NCBI GenBank assembly: GCA_034670305.1
Contig: JAXMNT010000009.1
Coordinates: 1-64,000 of the forward strand
DNA: 64,000 bases
Source of the DNA: Deltaproteobacteria bacterium
GTDB taxonomy: Bacteria; Myxococcota_A; Polyangia; Polyangiales; Houyiibacteriaceae
Direction: 5' to 3'
The position numbers and the translations under genes were made by a program. Below the pieces are notes generated by a model. The model did not search any database. It saw only the letters and a program-made list of their open reading frames with translations, and was not told where the DNA came from. Positions within the stretch are counted from its first letter, which is position 1; the number at the start of each line of letters is the position of its first letter. Positions 9,167-18,997 of the stretch are shown one piece after another.

Positions 9167-12100
9167 GGGCGGAGCCCCCCTACGGGCTGTGGGTCGGGTC
9201 TGGGCGGGCCGGTCGATCCATCGCCGAGCTGACCGACGCCGTTTTCGCCCCAGCAGTAGACCTGGTCGTCGGTGCCGATCATGCAGCGGTGGCTGGCGCT
9301 GCCCGGACTGAGTTGTCGGGCCGGGACCGGCAGCGACACCGCGACCCAGCCCAACGTCGGATCGTTGGGCGTGTCGACCAAGAGCCGCATCGCGTTGCGT
9401 CCGGTGCACTGCACGCCGCCGAACTCATCCCGAATGCACGTGCCGTGGCCATCGGCGACGACTTCTTCGACGTACGGGTTGCCTGGAATCGGAACGATGG
9501 TGGGCACGGAGGTCTCGCTGCCAATCGTGGTCTGGTTGTCGTCGTCGTTGCCCCAGCACCAGAGCTGACCGTCCAGCGACACGCAGGTGTGCCGTGAACC
9601 CGCCGCGATCGACAAGACGTTCTCGCTCGCACCGAACGCTGTGACGATCGGCGAGAACGTGTCGGTGCCGGTGATCGCGAGTTGGGAGCCGTCGTTGCGG
9701 CCCCAGCAGGACACCTCGGTCTCCGCGAAGGACTCCGCGCTGACACCACACACGTGGAAGTCGCCGGCCACGAGCTGGTAGAGGCTCGGGCCACTGCTCA
9801 CGAAGGTCGCGTCCTCCACGGGGTTGAGCGTGCTCGGGTTGATCTGGGTCTGGCCGAAGGTGTTGTCGCCCCAGCAGTAGAGTTCCGGTGGCATGCCGCC
9901 CGGTCCGCGCACCAAGGCGCAGGCGAACTCGAACCCGAGCACCAGATCGATCACCTCGGTGCTGCTCGGCAACATCTCGACGTCGTGCGGCTGCCAGTTC
10001 TCGCGGCCAGGCGTGGTGAAGCCGTCGCCGAGCTGCTCTCGTGCATCGCTGCCCCAGCACGGGACGCGATCGTTGCCGAAGTCGTCGCGCGTGATGGCGC
10101 ACGTGAAGTTGCCACCGACGACGACCCGGCGGGCGGTGACGCCGCCGCCGATGGAAACCTCGATCGGCGTCGCGCTCTGGCTCAGGAACATCGGGTCGGC
10201 GCCGAGCTGGCCGTCGGCGTTCGATCCCCAGCACACCACCGCGCCGCCCGCCCGCACTGCGCACGTGTGGGTGAAGCCGCGTGAGATGTCGACGACCCGA
10301 TCGCAGATCCCGAACCCGCACTCTCCGCCCACGCCACAGTCTCTGCCGCAAGCGCCACAGTTCATCGGGTCGAGGGTCGTGCTCGCCTCGCACCCATCGC
10401 CGCGGAATCCGTTGCAGTCCGCGGTTCCCGCGTTGCAGGTGAGGTTGCACTCCCCGAACGCGCAGACGCTCGAGTTGTGGTTGGGGCCCATGTTCGGACA
10501 CACGTCGAAACAGCTGCCGCAGTGGGCGCGGGTGGTGCTGGTGTCGACGCATCCCCCGCCGCAGTCCTGTTCGGGAAAGGTGCAGACGGGCTCGCACATG
10601 CCGGCAAAACAGCGCTCGGTCGCGAGGCAGGCGTTGCCGCACGCGCCGCAGTGCCGCTCGTCCGACTGCGAGTCGATGCAACCGTCCACGCCGCAGCCGA
10701 TCCGCCCGCCGCTGCAGTCCGCCGCGCAGGTGCCGAACTGGCAGCGCGTGCCGCCCGAGCACCGGATGCCGCAGCCGCCGCAGTTGCGGTCGTCAAAGTC
10801 GCGATCGACGCAGCCGACGCCCGGACAGAAGGCCGGGTCGGTGCCGGTCGACGTGCAGTCGCACGCTCCGTCGACGCACGCGCCGATCCCGCAGTGCCGC
10901 CCGCACGCGCCGCAGTTCATGTTGTCGTTGAGGGTGTCCGCACACCGCCCGAAGCAGAGCGAGTCTCCGTCCGCGCAGGAGAGCGCGACGCACTCGGCGC
11001 TTCCGCTGGAGGAGCCCCGGCACACCGCGGTCGCACCCGGACCGAACTCGGTCGTGCAATCGCGGATCGGATCGGTGGGACACGCACAGTTGGTGTCGGA
11101 GACAGGCGCTTCGCAACCATCGGTCAGGTCGCCGTTGCAGTCCGCGAAGTTGTCGTCGCAATCGAGCTCGCAGAAAGGCGTCCCGCCTTCGTCGCGGCAG
11201 ATTGCGGCCCCGCCCATCCCGTCGCCGTCGCAGGCCACGCCACACCCCCCGCAGTCGGTGGGGGTGTTCGTGATCGTCTCGCACCCATCGCTCGAGTCGC
11301 CGTTGCAGTCGTCGCTCCGACCCGGCACGCAGTCGTAGCGGCAGGTGCTCGCGTCGCACATCACGTCGACATCGGTCGGCACGCAGATGCGTCCGCACGC
11401 GCCGCAGTGGTTGGCGTCGGTGGCTGTGTTCTGCTCGCAGCCGTCGGCCGCGACTCGGTTGCAGTCCCCCAGGCCCGGCGCACAGGCGCCGATGCCGCAG
11501 GTCCCGGCCCGGCACGCCGCGGCCATCACACCGGGTCCCGCAGGACACAGGTTGCCGCAGGCGCCGCAGTGGCCGGCGTCTCGGCGCAGATCGACTTCGC
11601 ACCCATCGCTCGGATCGGCGTTGCAGTCGGCGTAGCCGTCCACGCAGGCAGCGACGGCACACGACGCGCTCCGGCAGCGGACCGACGCCACGTTCGTACC
11701 GGCCACACACGGCGCGCCACAGCTCCCGCAGTGCATCGCGCTGATGCGCACGTCCGTCTCACAGGTGCCGTTGCCGTCGCAGTCGCCGAGACCGGTCGGA
11801 CACGCACAGATGCCACCTTCGTCGACGGTTCCGTCGCAGTCGTCGTCGGCCATGTCGCAGGTCTCGGCGGCGCCCGGCCGCCGGTCGGCGTCGGTGTCGT
11901 CGCAGTCGGCGGCGCTCGCCACGTAGCCAGGCGGCGGCATGCAGTCGCGGACCGGTGGGTTGTCCGGGTTCGTGTCCGAACCGTGTCCATCTCCGTCGCC
12001 GTCGAAGAACCACGACAGATCCATGGCGCCCTCGTCGACCCGTTCGTCGCAGTCGTTGTCGCGGCCGTCGCAACTCTCCGTGGTTCCCGGGCCCGCGTCT

Positions 12101-13230
12101 GGATCGAGATCGTCGCAGTCGATGCCGCGGGGGGCGCCGCACGCGATGTCGACCAGCCCGTCGCCGTCGTCGTCTTCGAAGTCGCCCGGGCCGATCTGGA
12201 AATCCGCCACGCCGTTGCAGTCGTTGTCGAGGGCATCGCAGACCTCGGCGGCGGCCGGATGGATCGAAGCGACGGCGTCGTTGCAGTCCGTGTTCAAGAG
12301 CGAGTGGCCTTCGACGGGCTCGCAGCTGGTGGTCGTCCCGCTCAGCGCGCTGCCGAATCCGTCACCGTCCACGTCGCGGTACCAGTCGACCGGACGCGCG
12401 TCGCTGTCGTCGGTGGAGTCGTCGCAGTCGTTGTCGATGCCGTCGCAGATCTCGACCTGGCCGGGGTTGACCGCGATGTTGGTGTCGTCGCAATCCGGTT
12501 CTCCGCCCGCCGCGACGAAGCCGGTCGTGCCCGGGCAGGCATCGAAGGGCATCAGCGCGTCGCCGAAGCCGTCGCGGTCGGCGTCCACGAAACCAGCGAC
12601 CAGCACCCCTTCGTCGATCGCGCCATCGCAGTCGTTGTCCACGCCGTCGCACGCCTCGGCGGACTCGAGGTTGACGTTGCCGCGCACGTCGTTGCAATCG
12701 TTGCCGCACAGGCCGACCTCGCCGGCCGCGTCCGGGTTGCAACACACTGCGTCGATGAACCCGTCGCCGTCCACGTCGCGGGTGCCGAAGGTGGTCAGAT
12801 CGCAGTCTTCGTCGTGGCCTTCGGTGTCGCAGACCTCGGGGTTGCCGGGGAAACGGCGGTTGTCGGCGTCGTCGCAGTCCGAGCCGAGGGGCGTGCCGTC
12901 GGCGTCGAGGCAGGTGGCATCGCGCGCGCCGTCTCCGTCGGCGTCTGGCGCCGCGTTCACGCACGCGTCCAGGTCCTCATCGCAGAGATCGATCGTGCAC
13001 TCCGCGCCGTCGTCGCAGTTCGGGACCGCGCCGATGGTGCAGCTGCCTTCGACACAGGCCTCGGCGCCGTTGCAGAAGAGTCCGTCGTCGCACTCGGCGG
13101 TGGTTGTGCACTCGGGCGTGGCATCGCCCGGGCCGGTGTCGGCCATCGTCGTGTCGTCGTCGCCGCAGGCGAGCGCGAAGAGGAGCGGCGCCGCGAGCAA
13201 CGCGCGCAGGGTCTGTCGAATCGGGCTCAT
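9163..13230 (-). CDS. Giant Cys/Asp-rich lipoprotein, paralogue 2, same architecture, 1355 aa
   Basis: Start MSPIRQTLRALLAAPLLFALAC-GDD with ATGA overlap at 13227-13230. The ORF-track extension to 15087 is a shadow frame over paralogue 1. Confidence 0.92.
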   Translation of the reverse strand: MSPIRQTLRALLAAPLLFALACGDDDTTMADTGPGDATPECTTTAECDDGLFCNGAEACVEGSCTIGAVPNCDDGAECTIDLCDEDLDACVNAAPDADGDGARDATCLDADGTPLGSDCDDADNRRFPGNPEVCDTEGHDEDCDLTTFGTRDVDGDGFIDAVCCNPDAAGEVGLCGNDCNDVRGNVNLESAEACDGVDNDCDGAIDEGVLVAGFVDADRDGFGDALMPFDACPGTTGFVAAGGEPDCDDTNIAVNPGQVEICDGIDNDCDDSTDDSDARPVDWYRDVDGDGFGSALSGTTTSCEPVEGHSLLNTDCNDAVASIHPAAAEVCDALDNDCNGVADFQIGPGDFEDDDGDGLVDIACGAPRGIDCDDLDPDAGPGTTESCDGRDNDCDERVDEGAMDLSWFFDGDGDGHGSDTNPDNPPVRDCMPPPGYVASAADCDDTDADRRPGAAETCDMADDDCDGTVDEGGICACPTGLGDCDGNGTCETDVRISAMHCGSCGAPCVAGTNVASVRCRSASCAVAACVDGYADCNADPSDGCEVDLRRDAGHCGACGNLCPAGPGVMAAACRAGTCGIGACAPGLGDCNRVAADGCEQNTATDANHCGACGRICVPTDVDVMCDASTCRYDCVPGRSDDCNGDSSDGCETITNTPTDCGGCGVACDGDGMGGAAICRDEGGTPFCELDCDDNFADCNGDLTDGCEAPVSDTNCACPTDPIRDCTTEFGPGATAVCRGSSSGSAECVALSCADGDSLCFGRCADTLNDNMNCGACGRHCGIGACVDGACDCTSTGTDPAFCPGVGCVDRDFDDRNCGGCGIRCSGGTRCQFGTCAADCSGGRIGCGVDGCIDSQSDERHCGACGNACLATERCFAGMCEPVCTFPEQDCGGGCVDTSTTRAHCGSCFDVCPNMGPNHNSSVCAFGECNLTCNAGTADCNGFRGDGCEASTTLDPMNCGACGRDCGVGGECGFGICDRVVDISRGFTHTCAVRAGGAVVCWGSNADGQLGADPMFLSQSATPIEVSIGGGVTARRVVVGGNFTCAITRDDFGNDRVPCWGSDAREQLGDGFTTPGRENWQPHDVEMLPSSTEVIDLVLGFEFACALVRGPGGMPPELYCWGDNTFGQTQINPSTLNPVEDATFVSSGPSLYQLVAGDFHVCGVSAESFAETEVSCWGRNDGSQLAITGTDTFSPIVTAFGASENVLSIAAGSRHTCVSLDGQLWCWGNDDDNQTTIGSETSVPTIVPIPGNPYVEEVVADGHGTCIRDEFGGVQCTGRNAMRLLVDTPNDPTLGWVAVSLPVPARQLSPGSASHRCMIGTDDQVYCWGENGVGQLGDGSTGPPRPDPQPVGGLRP

Positions 13231-16200
13231 GGCGTCACCAACACGATGCGTGTGGGCGGCGGACTGCCCGATGGCGTGAAGTTCGTTAACTGATGGTTGT
13301 TGTTGTTGCCCCACCCGAAGACGGAACCATCCGCCATGCGCACGAGCTGGGTCTGGGTCTCGTTGCCGACCGCGAACGAATCGACCTCGAAGCCGAGCTC
13401 GAAGACGCGGCTCCAGGTGGTCACCGTGCCGGTGGTGCCGGGCACGAGCACTCGGCCGGCGACCTGTTCGCCGCGGCAGTAGATGGCGCCGCTCTCGACG
13501 CGCAGGCAGGTCGCGAGCCGGTTGGCGAGCAGGTCGGTCGCGCGCCCGCCGGGGTGTCCATGCATCTGCGGCACATTGGAGGGGAAGTCGATCTGGCTGC
13601 TGCCCGCGTCGCCCCAGCAGTAGAGGCCGGCGGTGCGGGCCACGCAGGTGTGTTCGCGGCCGAGCGCCAGCGCGAGCACGTCGCCTTCCATGAACCCCAT
13701 GGTGGAGGTGGGCAGCGCGTTGTTGATGTTCGAGCCAATGCCGAGCTGCCCCGAGACCCCCGCGCCCCAGCACTCCATGCTGCTGATGAATGGCGTCGAG
13801 ACGCAGGTGTGGGCGCTGCCTGCGGCGAGGAACGCGTACCGGCTGTCGGAGGCGACGCTGGTCGGGGTGTCGACCTGCATGACCCCGCCGGTGACGCCCG
13901 CCTGGCCGATGTCGTTGTGGCCCCAGCACCAGACGACGCCGTCCGAGTCGAGCACACACGTGTGCTCCATGCCGGCTGTGATCTGCACCGGGGTGGAGGA
14001 GAAGAAGAGCTCGCGCGGCACATGTGGATCGGCCGGTGAGCCGGCCCCGTCGCCGAGCTGCCCGAAGTCGTCGGTGCCCCAGCAGACGACGTCGTCGTGA
14101 CCGAGCATCGGGTTGAACGCGATCGCACACGTGTGGCGGTCGCCCATCGCGACCGCGCTCGCGACACCCGGCAGAGGAATGGTCACCGGCGCCGACGAGA
14201 CCGTGGGTGCCGCCGCGGTCGCGTTCTGTCCGAACTGGTTGCTGCCCCAGCACAAAAGCGTCCCGTTGCCGCGCACGACACAGGTGCCGTTGGCACTCCG
14301 CGCGATCTGGAGGATGGGATCGCAGCTGCTGAGCGCGCAGGTACCACCGGCGCCGCATGAGAGACCACAGGCGCCGCAGTTCGACGCGTCGCTGGTGACG
14401 CTCTGTTCGCATCCGTTGCTGGGGTCGGCGTCGCAGTTGCCGACGCCCATGTCGCAGTCGAGATCGCAGGCCCGCGCAACGCAGGCCGAGCCGGTGAAGC
14501 CGGTGCCGGCAGCCGGGCACGCGTTGCCGCACATCCCGCAGTGCATCGCATCGTTCCGCAGGTCGACGCAGTCGGGACCGCAGGAGGTGCGCCCACCGGA
14601 ACACTGGCAGATGCCGTCCATGCAGAACTCGTCCACCCCGCACGCGTTGCCGCACGTGCCGCAGTGGCGCGGGTCGAAGTTGGTGTCGACGCAGCCGTCC
14701 GGCGGACAGCTCTCGGTGGCCGCGGCGCAGTCCGTGACGCAGGTGCCCGCCTCGCAGCGTTCCCCGCCCCCGCACACCGTCACACAGTCGCCGCAGTGCC
14801 CCGGGTCCGTCATCGTGTCCACGCAGCCGAAGCCCGGACACATCGTTCCGCTGCATTCGCAGAGGCCATCGACGCAGGTGCCCGAGAAGCCGCAGTCGTT
14901 GAAGCAGTCGCCGCAGTTCGTCCGGTCGGTCGCCGGGTTCACGCACTCGCCGCCGCACTCGAGCCTGCCCGTGCCGCAGCTTCGCAGTTCGCAGACAGCC
15001 GCCCCCACTGCCCGACCAACGCAGACCGAAGCGGCTGGCGCTGGGTAGAGGGCGCCGCAGTCTTCGGTCGTCCGGCCGCAACCGCACGTGTCGTTGGCGA
15101 CCGGCTCCTCACATCCATCCGCCGGGGACGCGTTGCAGTCGGCGAAGTTGTCGTCGCAGCGTTGCACGCAGCGCAGCGTCCCCGAACCCTCGTCGGTGCA
15201 CGCGACGGACGTGTTCATCGCGGTCGCGCCCGGACAGAGGTTCCCGCAGGTCCCGCAGTGGCTCAGCGTGTCGAGGGCGGACTCGCAGCCGTTGGCCGGG
15301 TCCATGTCGCAGTCCCCGGTCCGACCTGGGATGCACTGGTGGTTGCAGGTGCCAGCCACGCAGCTGACCGCGCCACGTCGGGGCACGCAGAAGTTGCCGC
15401 AGCCGCCGCAGTTGCCTTCGTCCGATGCGGTGTCGACTTCGCATCCGTCCGCGAGATCGCCGTTGCAGTCGGCGAAGCCGGGCGCGCAGGTCGCGACTTC
15501 ACAGCCGAAGTCCTGGCAGCGGACCGTCGCGACGTTCACGCCGGGTGGGACCGCACACAAACGCCCGCAGCCGCCGCAATGCGCCGCGTTGCTCGCTACA
15601 TCGACTTCACAACCGGTCGCGGTGTCGCCGTCGCAGTCGGCGTGTCCCGCGGCACAACGCGTGACCACGCACGCGCTCGCCGCACATTCGACCCGGAGCG
15701 CGAAGCCGCCGGGCGAGCAGACGAACCGGCAGTCGCCGCAGTTGATCGGATCGTCGGTGATGTCGGTCTCGCAGCTTCCGTTGTCGTCGCAGTCGCGCAG
15801 CCCGCCTGGGCAACCGCAGACGCCGTTTTCGTCCACGGCCCCGTCGCAGTCGTCGTCGAACGCGTCGCACGATTCGGGGGCGCTCGGGAAACGCGCCGGG
15901 TTGGTGTCGTCGCAGTCGCCGGCGCTGCCGACGTAGCCGGCTGGGGGCGAACACGCGCGCACGATGGGCCGGGTGGAGGCCGAGGATCCGTGGCCGTCTC
16001 CGTCGGCGTCGAAGTACCAGAGGAGATCCATCGCGCCTTCGTCGACCAGGTCGTCGCAGTCGTTGTCGCGGCCGTCGCAGATTTCGGCGGTGCCTGGCCC
16101 AGAAGCCGCGTCTTCGTCATCGCAGTCGATGCCGCGGGGTGGTCCGCACGCGATGTCGACGATGCCGTCGCCGTCGTCGTCCTCGAAGTCGCCCGGCGCG

Positions 16201-17249
16201 ATCTGGAAGTCGGCTTCGCCGTTGCAGTCGTTGTCGATCGCGTCGCAGACTTCTCCCGCCGCGGGGTGGATTGCGGCGTCTTCGTCGTTGCAGTCGGTGT
16301 CGAGCAGACTGTGGCCGAGCACGGGCGTACAGGAGTTGGTGATGCCGCTCGCCGCGCTGCCGAACCCGTCGTTGTCGAGGTCCGCGTACCAGTCGACCGG
16401 GCCTGCGTCGTCGTCGATGACATCGTTGCAGTCGTTGTCGATCGAGTCACAGATCTCGACCTGTCCCGGGTTCACCGCGACGTTGTCGTCGTCGCAGTCG
16501 AAGGGGGTGCCTTCGGGAATGAACCCAGCGGCGCCCGGGCAGGCCATGCGGGGCGCCGCTTCGTCGGGAAAGCCGTCGCGGTCGGCGTCGTCGTGTCCGG
16601 CCAAGATGACGCCTTCGTCGATGAGGCCGTCGCAGTCGTTGTCGACTCCGTCGCAGGCTTCGGTGGCGGCCGGGTTCACCCCAGCGCGTACGTCGCGGCA
16701 GTCGTCGCCGCAGGTCGGCATCGCGCCGTCGGCGCCGGGGTTGCAGCAGGTCGCGTCGAGAAATCCATCGAAGTCGGCATCCCGCACGCCAAACGTGTCC
16801 AGATCGCAGTCTTCGTCGTGCCCTTCGAGATCGCAGACCTCTGGGTTGCCGGGGAAGCGGAACGCGTCGCTGTCGTCGCAGTCGGCGCCGACGGGGGTTC
16901 CTTCGGCGTCGAGGCAGTTGGCGTCGGCCGCACCGTCGCCGTCCAGATCGGGACCGGCCGACACGCACGCATCGATGTCTTCGTCACAGAAGTCGAGGGT
17001 GCATTCGACCCCATCATCGCAGGCGACGAAATCGCTCAGGACGCAGACGCCCGAGACGCAGCTCTCCACGCCGTTGCAGAAGAGTCCGTCGTCACAGTCT
17101 GGGGACACTTCACACTCGGGCGGGGCATCGGCGAGTTCTCCGTCCGCTGTACCAGCGTCGATTGCGCTACTGTCGTCGCCGCATGCCGCCGCCAGGACGA
17201 AACACCCGCAAAACAAGCCAATGCCCCAACGGGGGGCGTCCCAATTCAT
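13227..17249 (-). CDS. Giant Cys/Asp-rich lipoprotein, paralogue 1, same architecture, 1340 aa
   Basis: GGGAG upstream of ATG 17249 (alternative GTG at 17255). Lipobox LAAAC-GDD; same repeat order; RCC1-like C-terminus. Confidence 0.92.
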   Translation of the reverse strand: MNWDAPRWGIGLFCGCFVLAAACGDDSSAIDAGTADGELADAPPECEVSPDCDDGLFCNGVESCVSGVCVLSDFVACDDGVECTLDFCDEDIDACVSAGPDLDGDGAADANCLDAEGTPVGADCDDSDAFRFPGNPEVCDLEGHDEDCDLDTFGVRDADFDGFLDATCCNPGADGAMPTCGDDCRDVRAGVNPAATEACDGVDNDCDGLIDEGVILAGHDDADRDGFPDEAAPRMACPGAAGFIPEGTPFDCDDDNVAVNPGQVEICDSIDNDCNDVIDDDAGPVDWYADLDNDGFGSAASGITNSCTPVLGHSLLDTDCNDEDAAIHPAAGEVCDAIDNDCNGEADFQIAPGDFEDDDGDGIVDIACGPPRGIDCDDEDAASGPGTAEICDGRDNDCDDLVDEGAMDLLWYFDADGDGHGSSASTRPIVRACSPPAGYVGSAGDCDDTNPARFPSAPESCDAFDDDCDGAVDENGVCGCPGGLRDCDDNGSCETDITDDPINCGDCRFVCSPGGFALRVECAASACVVTRCAAGHADCDGDTATGCEVDVASNAAHCGGCGRLCAVPPGVNVATVRCQDFGCEVATCAPGFADCNGDLADGCEVDTASDEGNCGGCGNFCVPRRGAVSCVAGTCNHQCIPGRTGDCDMDPANGCESALDTLSHCGTCGNLCPGATAMNTSVACTDEGSGTLRCVQRCDDNFADCNASPADGCEEPVANDTCGCGRTTEDCGALYPAPAASVCVGRAVGAAVCELRSCGTGRLECGGECVNPATDRTNCGDCFNDCGFSGTCVDGLCECSGTMCPGFGCVDTMTDPGHCGDCVTVCGGGERCEAGTCVTDCAAATESCPPDGCVDTNFDPRHCGTCGNACGVDEFCMDGICQCSGGRTSCGPDCVDLRNDAMHCGMCGNACPAAGTGFTGSACVARACDLDCDMGVGNCDADPSNGCEQSVTSDASNCGACGLSCGAGGTCALSSCDPILQIARSANGTCVVRGNGTLLCWGSNQFGQNATAAAPTVSSAPVTIPLPGVASAVAMGDRHTCAIAFNPMLGHDDVVCWGTDDFGQLGDGAGSPADPHVPRELFFSSTPVQITAGMEHTCVLDSDGVVWCWGHNDIGQAGVTGGVMQVDTPTSVASDSRYAFLAAGSAHTCVSTPFISSMECWGAGVSGQLGIGSNINNALPTSTMGFMEGDVLALALGREHTCVARTAGLYCWGDAGSSQIDFPSNVPQMHGHPGGRATDLLANRLATCLRVESGAIYCRGEQVAGRVLVPGTTGTVTTWSRVFELGFEVDSFAVGNETQTQLVRMADGSVFGWGNNNNHQLTNFTPSGSPPPTRIVLVTP

Positions 17250-17350
17250 GCGCACACGTCTCCCAACACGAGTCCCTGGACCTTTTGGTCGCGTCCCAGT
17301 CTACCTAGACGCGACGAATCCGCCCCCACTGCGATAGAGTATCCGCCGAC

Positions 17351-18997
17351 GTGTCCGAAGACCACCGTGACGAAAATCCCGACGTAGAGACCCAAGTCGA
17401 GAGCCCACCAAGTGTGGAGGAGGCCCGTCCTTCGATGGATCCGGACCGGATCGTCGGGACGATCCTCGGCGGCCGCTACAAGGTCGAGAAGAAGCTCGGC
17501 CAGGGCGGCATGGGCGCCGTGTACCTCGCGCTGCACGAAGCGATCGGCAAACGCGTCGCGATCAAGTGTCTGACGTCGGAGATGGCCGCTCACAAGCAGG
17601 TCATCGAGCGGTTCAAACGCGAGGCCCGGGCCGCGACCGCTGCCGGCAGCGAACACATCATCGACGTGACCGACATGGGCGAGCTGCCCGACGGTTCACC
17701 GTTCATCGTGATGGAGCTGCTGGAAGGGCGTGAGCTCACCGAGCTCATCGAGGAAGAAGCCCCGCTCTCGGTCGGCCGCACCGCGCGCATCTTGCAGCAG
17801 GTGTGTTCCGCGCTCACCGCGGCGCACGCCAAGGGGATCGTTCACCGCGATCTGAAACCGGACAACATCTTCCTGCTCGACCAGCGCAGCACCCCGGACT
17901 TCGTGAAGGTGCTCGACTTCGGCATCTCGAAGTTCTCCGAGACCGGCGCACTCGGTGGCGAGAAGAAGCTGACGGCGACCGGCATGACGATGGGCACGCC
18001 CCACTACATGTCGCCAGAGCAAGCCCAGGGGTTCTCGAACCTCGACCACCGCACCGACATCTACGCGCTCGGCGTCATCCTGTTCGAGATGTTGACCGGC
18101 GACCTGCCCTTCGACGCCGAGACGTATCCGTTGCTCGTCGTGGAGATCGCTTGCAACCCCGCGCCCAACGTGTGCCTGCGGCGTCCGGATGTGCCGTCGG
18201 AGATCGACCGGATCATTCAGCGCTGTCTAGCGAAGGACCAAGAGGAGCGGTACCCAGATGCCGAGTCGCTCTCCGCGGCGCTCGCGAAATTCGAGTCGCT
18301 CGACGACGCGCCGGAGGCGGTGAAACCGCGGCCCGTCAGCAAACGCGAGATGGCGACCGCGGTGGCGAAGCCGACGCCTGCGGGCGGCAAGCAGAGCGTC
18401 GTGCCGCCGGCGCCGGATGTCCCGATCAGCACCGACAGCGAGATCGTGCTTCCGTCCTCGGCTTCCAGCAAAGCGGGGATGATCGGCGCGGTGTTGATCG
18501 TGCTCGGGTTGATCGGGGGCGGCGCCGCGTGGGCGCTTGGGACCGAGTCCGAAGAAGAAGCGGCGGTGGTTGACGCCGGCGTGGTTGCACCCGACGCGCC
18601 GCCGGCCGAACCCGACGCGGGCCCGGCCGAAGAGGTCGCGGAGAACCTGCCCACCGAAGTACGGGTGCGGGTGCTCGTCGCGCCCGGCGACGCACAGATC
18701 TGGCTCGACGGCGTGGAGTTCCCGAGCCCCCTCGATGCGCGGCGACCGCGTTCGCTCGATCCGGTTCGGCTGCGGATCGAACGCGACGGTTACCAGACGA
18801 TCGACGAGCTGATCGTGCTCGATCGGGATCTCGAGCTCGTCCGCGCGCTCGAGGCGGGACGCTCGTCTTCGATGCGGCGTCCGCCCGAGACGGGGATGAC
18901 CGAGTCGATGGAGACCGCCGTGGAGACCCCGATGATGACGATGACGGCGATGGAAGAGACCACGACGATGATGGATGGATTCCGAGATGACTTCTGA
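17351..18997 (+). CDS. Membrane-anchored Hanks-type Ser/Thr protein kinase with a PEGA-like extracytoplasmic domain
   Basis: GQGGMGAVY, VAIK, HRDLKPDN, DFG, GTPHYMSPEQ, DIYALG. One TM helix (MIGAVLIVLGLIGGGAAWAL). PEGA-like VAPGDAQIWLDG...LRIERDGYQ. The start could also be ATG ~17435. Confidence 0.95.
   Translation: MSEDHRDENPDVETQVESPPSVEEARPSMDPDRIVGTILGGRYKVEKKLGQGGMGAVYLALHEAIGKRVAIKCLTSEMAAHKQVIERFKREARAATAAGSEHIIDVTDMGELPDGSPFIVMELLEGRELTELIEEEAPLSVGRTARILQQVCSALTAAHAKGIVHRDLKPDNIFLLDQRSTPDFVKVLDFGISKFSETGALGGEKKLTATGMTMGTPHYMSPEQAQGFSNLDHRTDIYALGVILFEMLTGDLPFDAETYPLLVVEIACNPAPNVCLRRPDVPSEIDRIIQRCLAKDQEERYPDAESLSAALAKFESLDDAPEAVKPRPVSKREMATAVAKPTPAGGKQSVVPPAPDVPISTDSEIVLPSSASSKAGMIGAVLIVLGLIGGGAAWALGTESEEEAAVVDAGVVAPDAPPAEPDAGPAEEVAENLPTEVRVRVLVAPGDAQIWLDGVEFPSPLDARRPRSLDPVRLRIERDGYQTIDELIVLDRDLELVRALEAGRSSSMRRPPETGMTESMETAVETPMMTMTAMEETTTMMDGFRDDF

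Noticed and set aside
13231-15087. N-terminal extension making paralogue 2 a 1974-aa protein
   Set aside because: Arg-rich shadow frame over paralogue 1; the real start is the lipoprotein signal at 13230 with ATGA coupling, matching the other paralogues.
5126-17249. Diversity-generating retroelement or shufflon acting on the three paralogues
   Set aside because: No reverse transcriptase, recombinase, adenine-specific template/variable repeat pair or inverted crossover sites seen; all three genes are complete and co-oriented.
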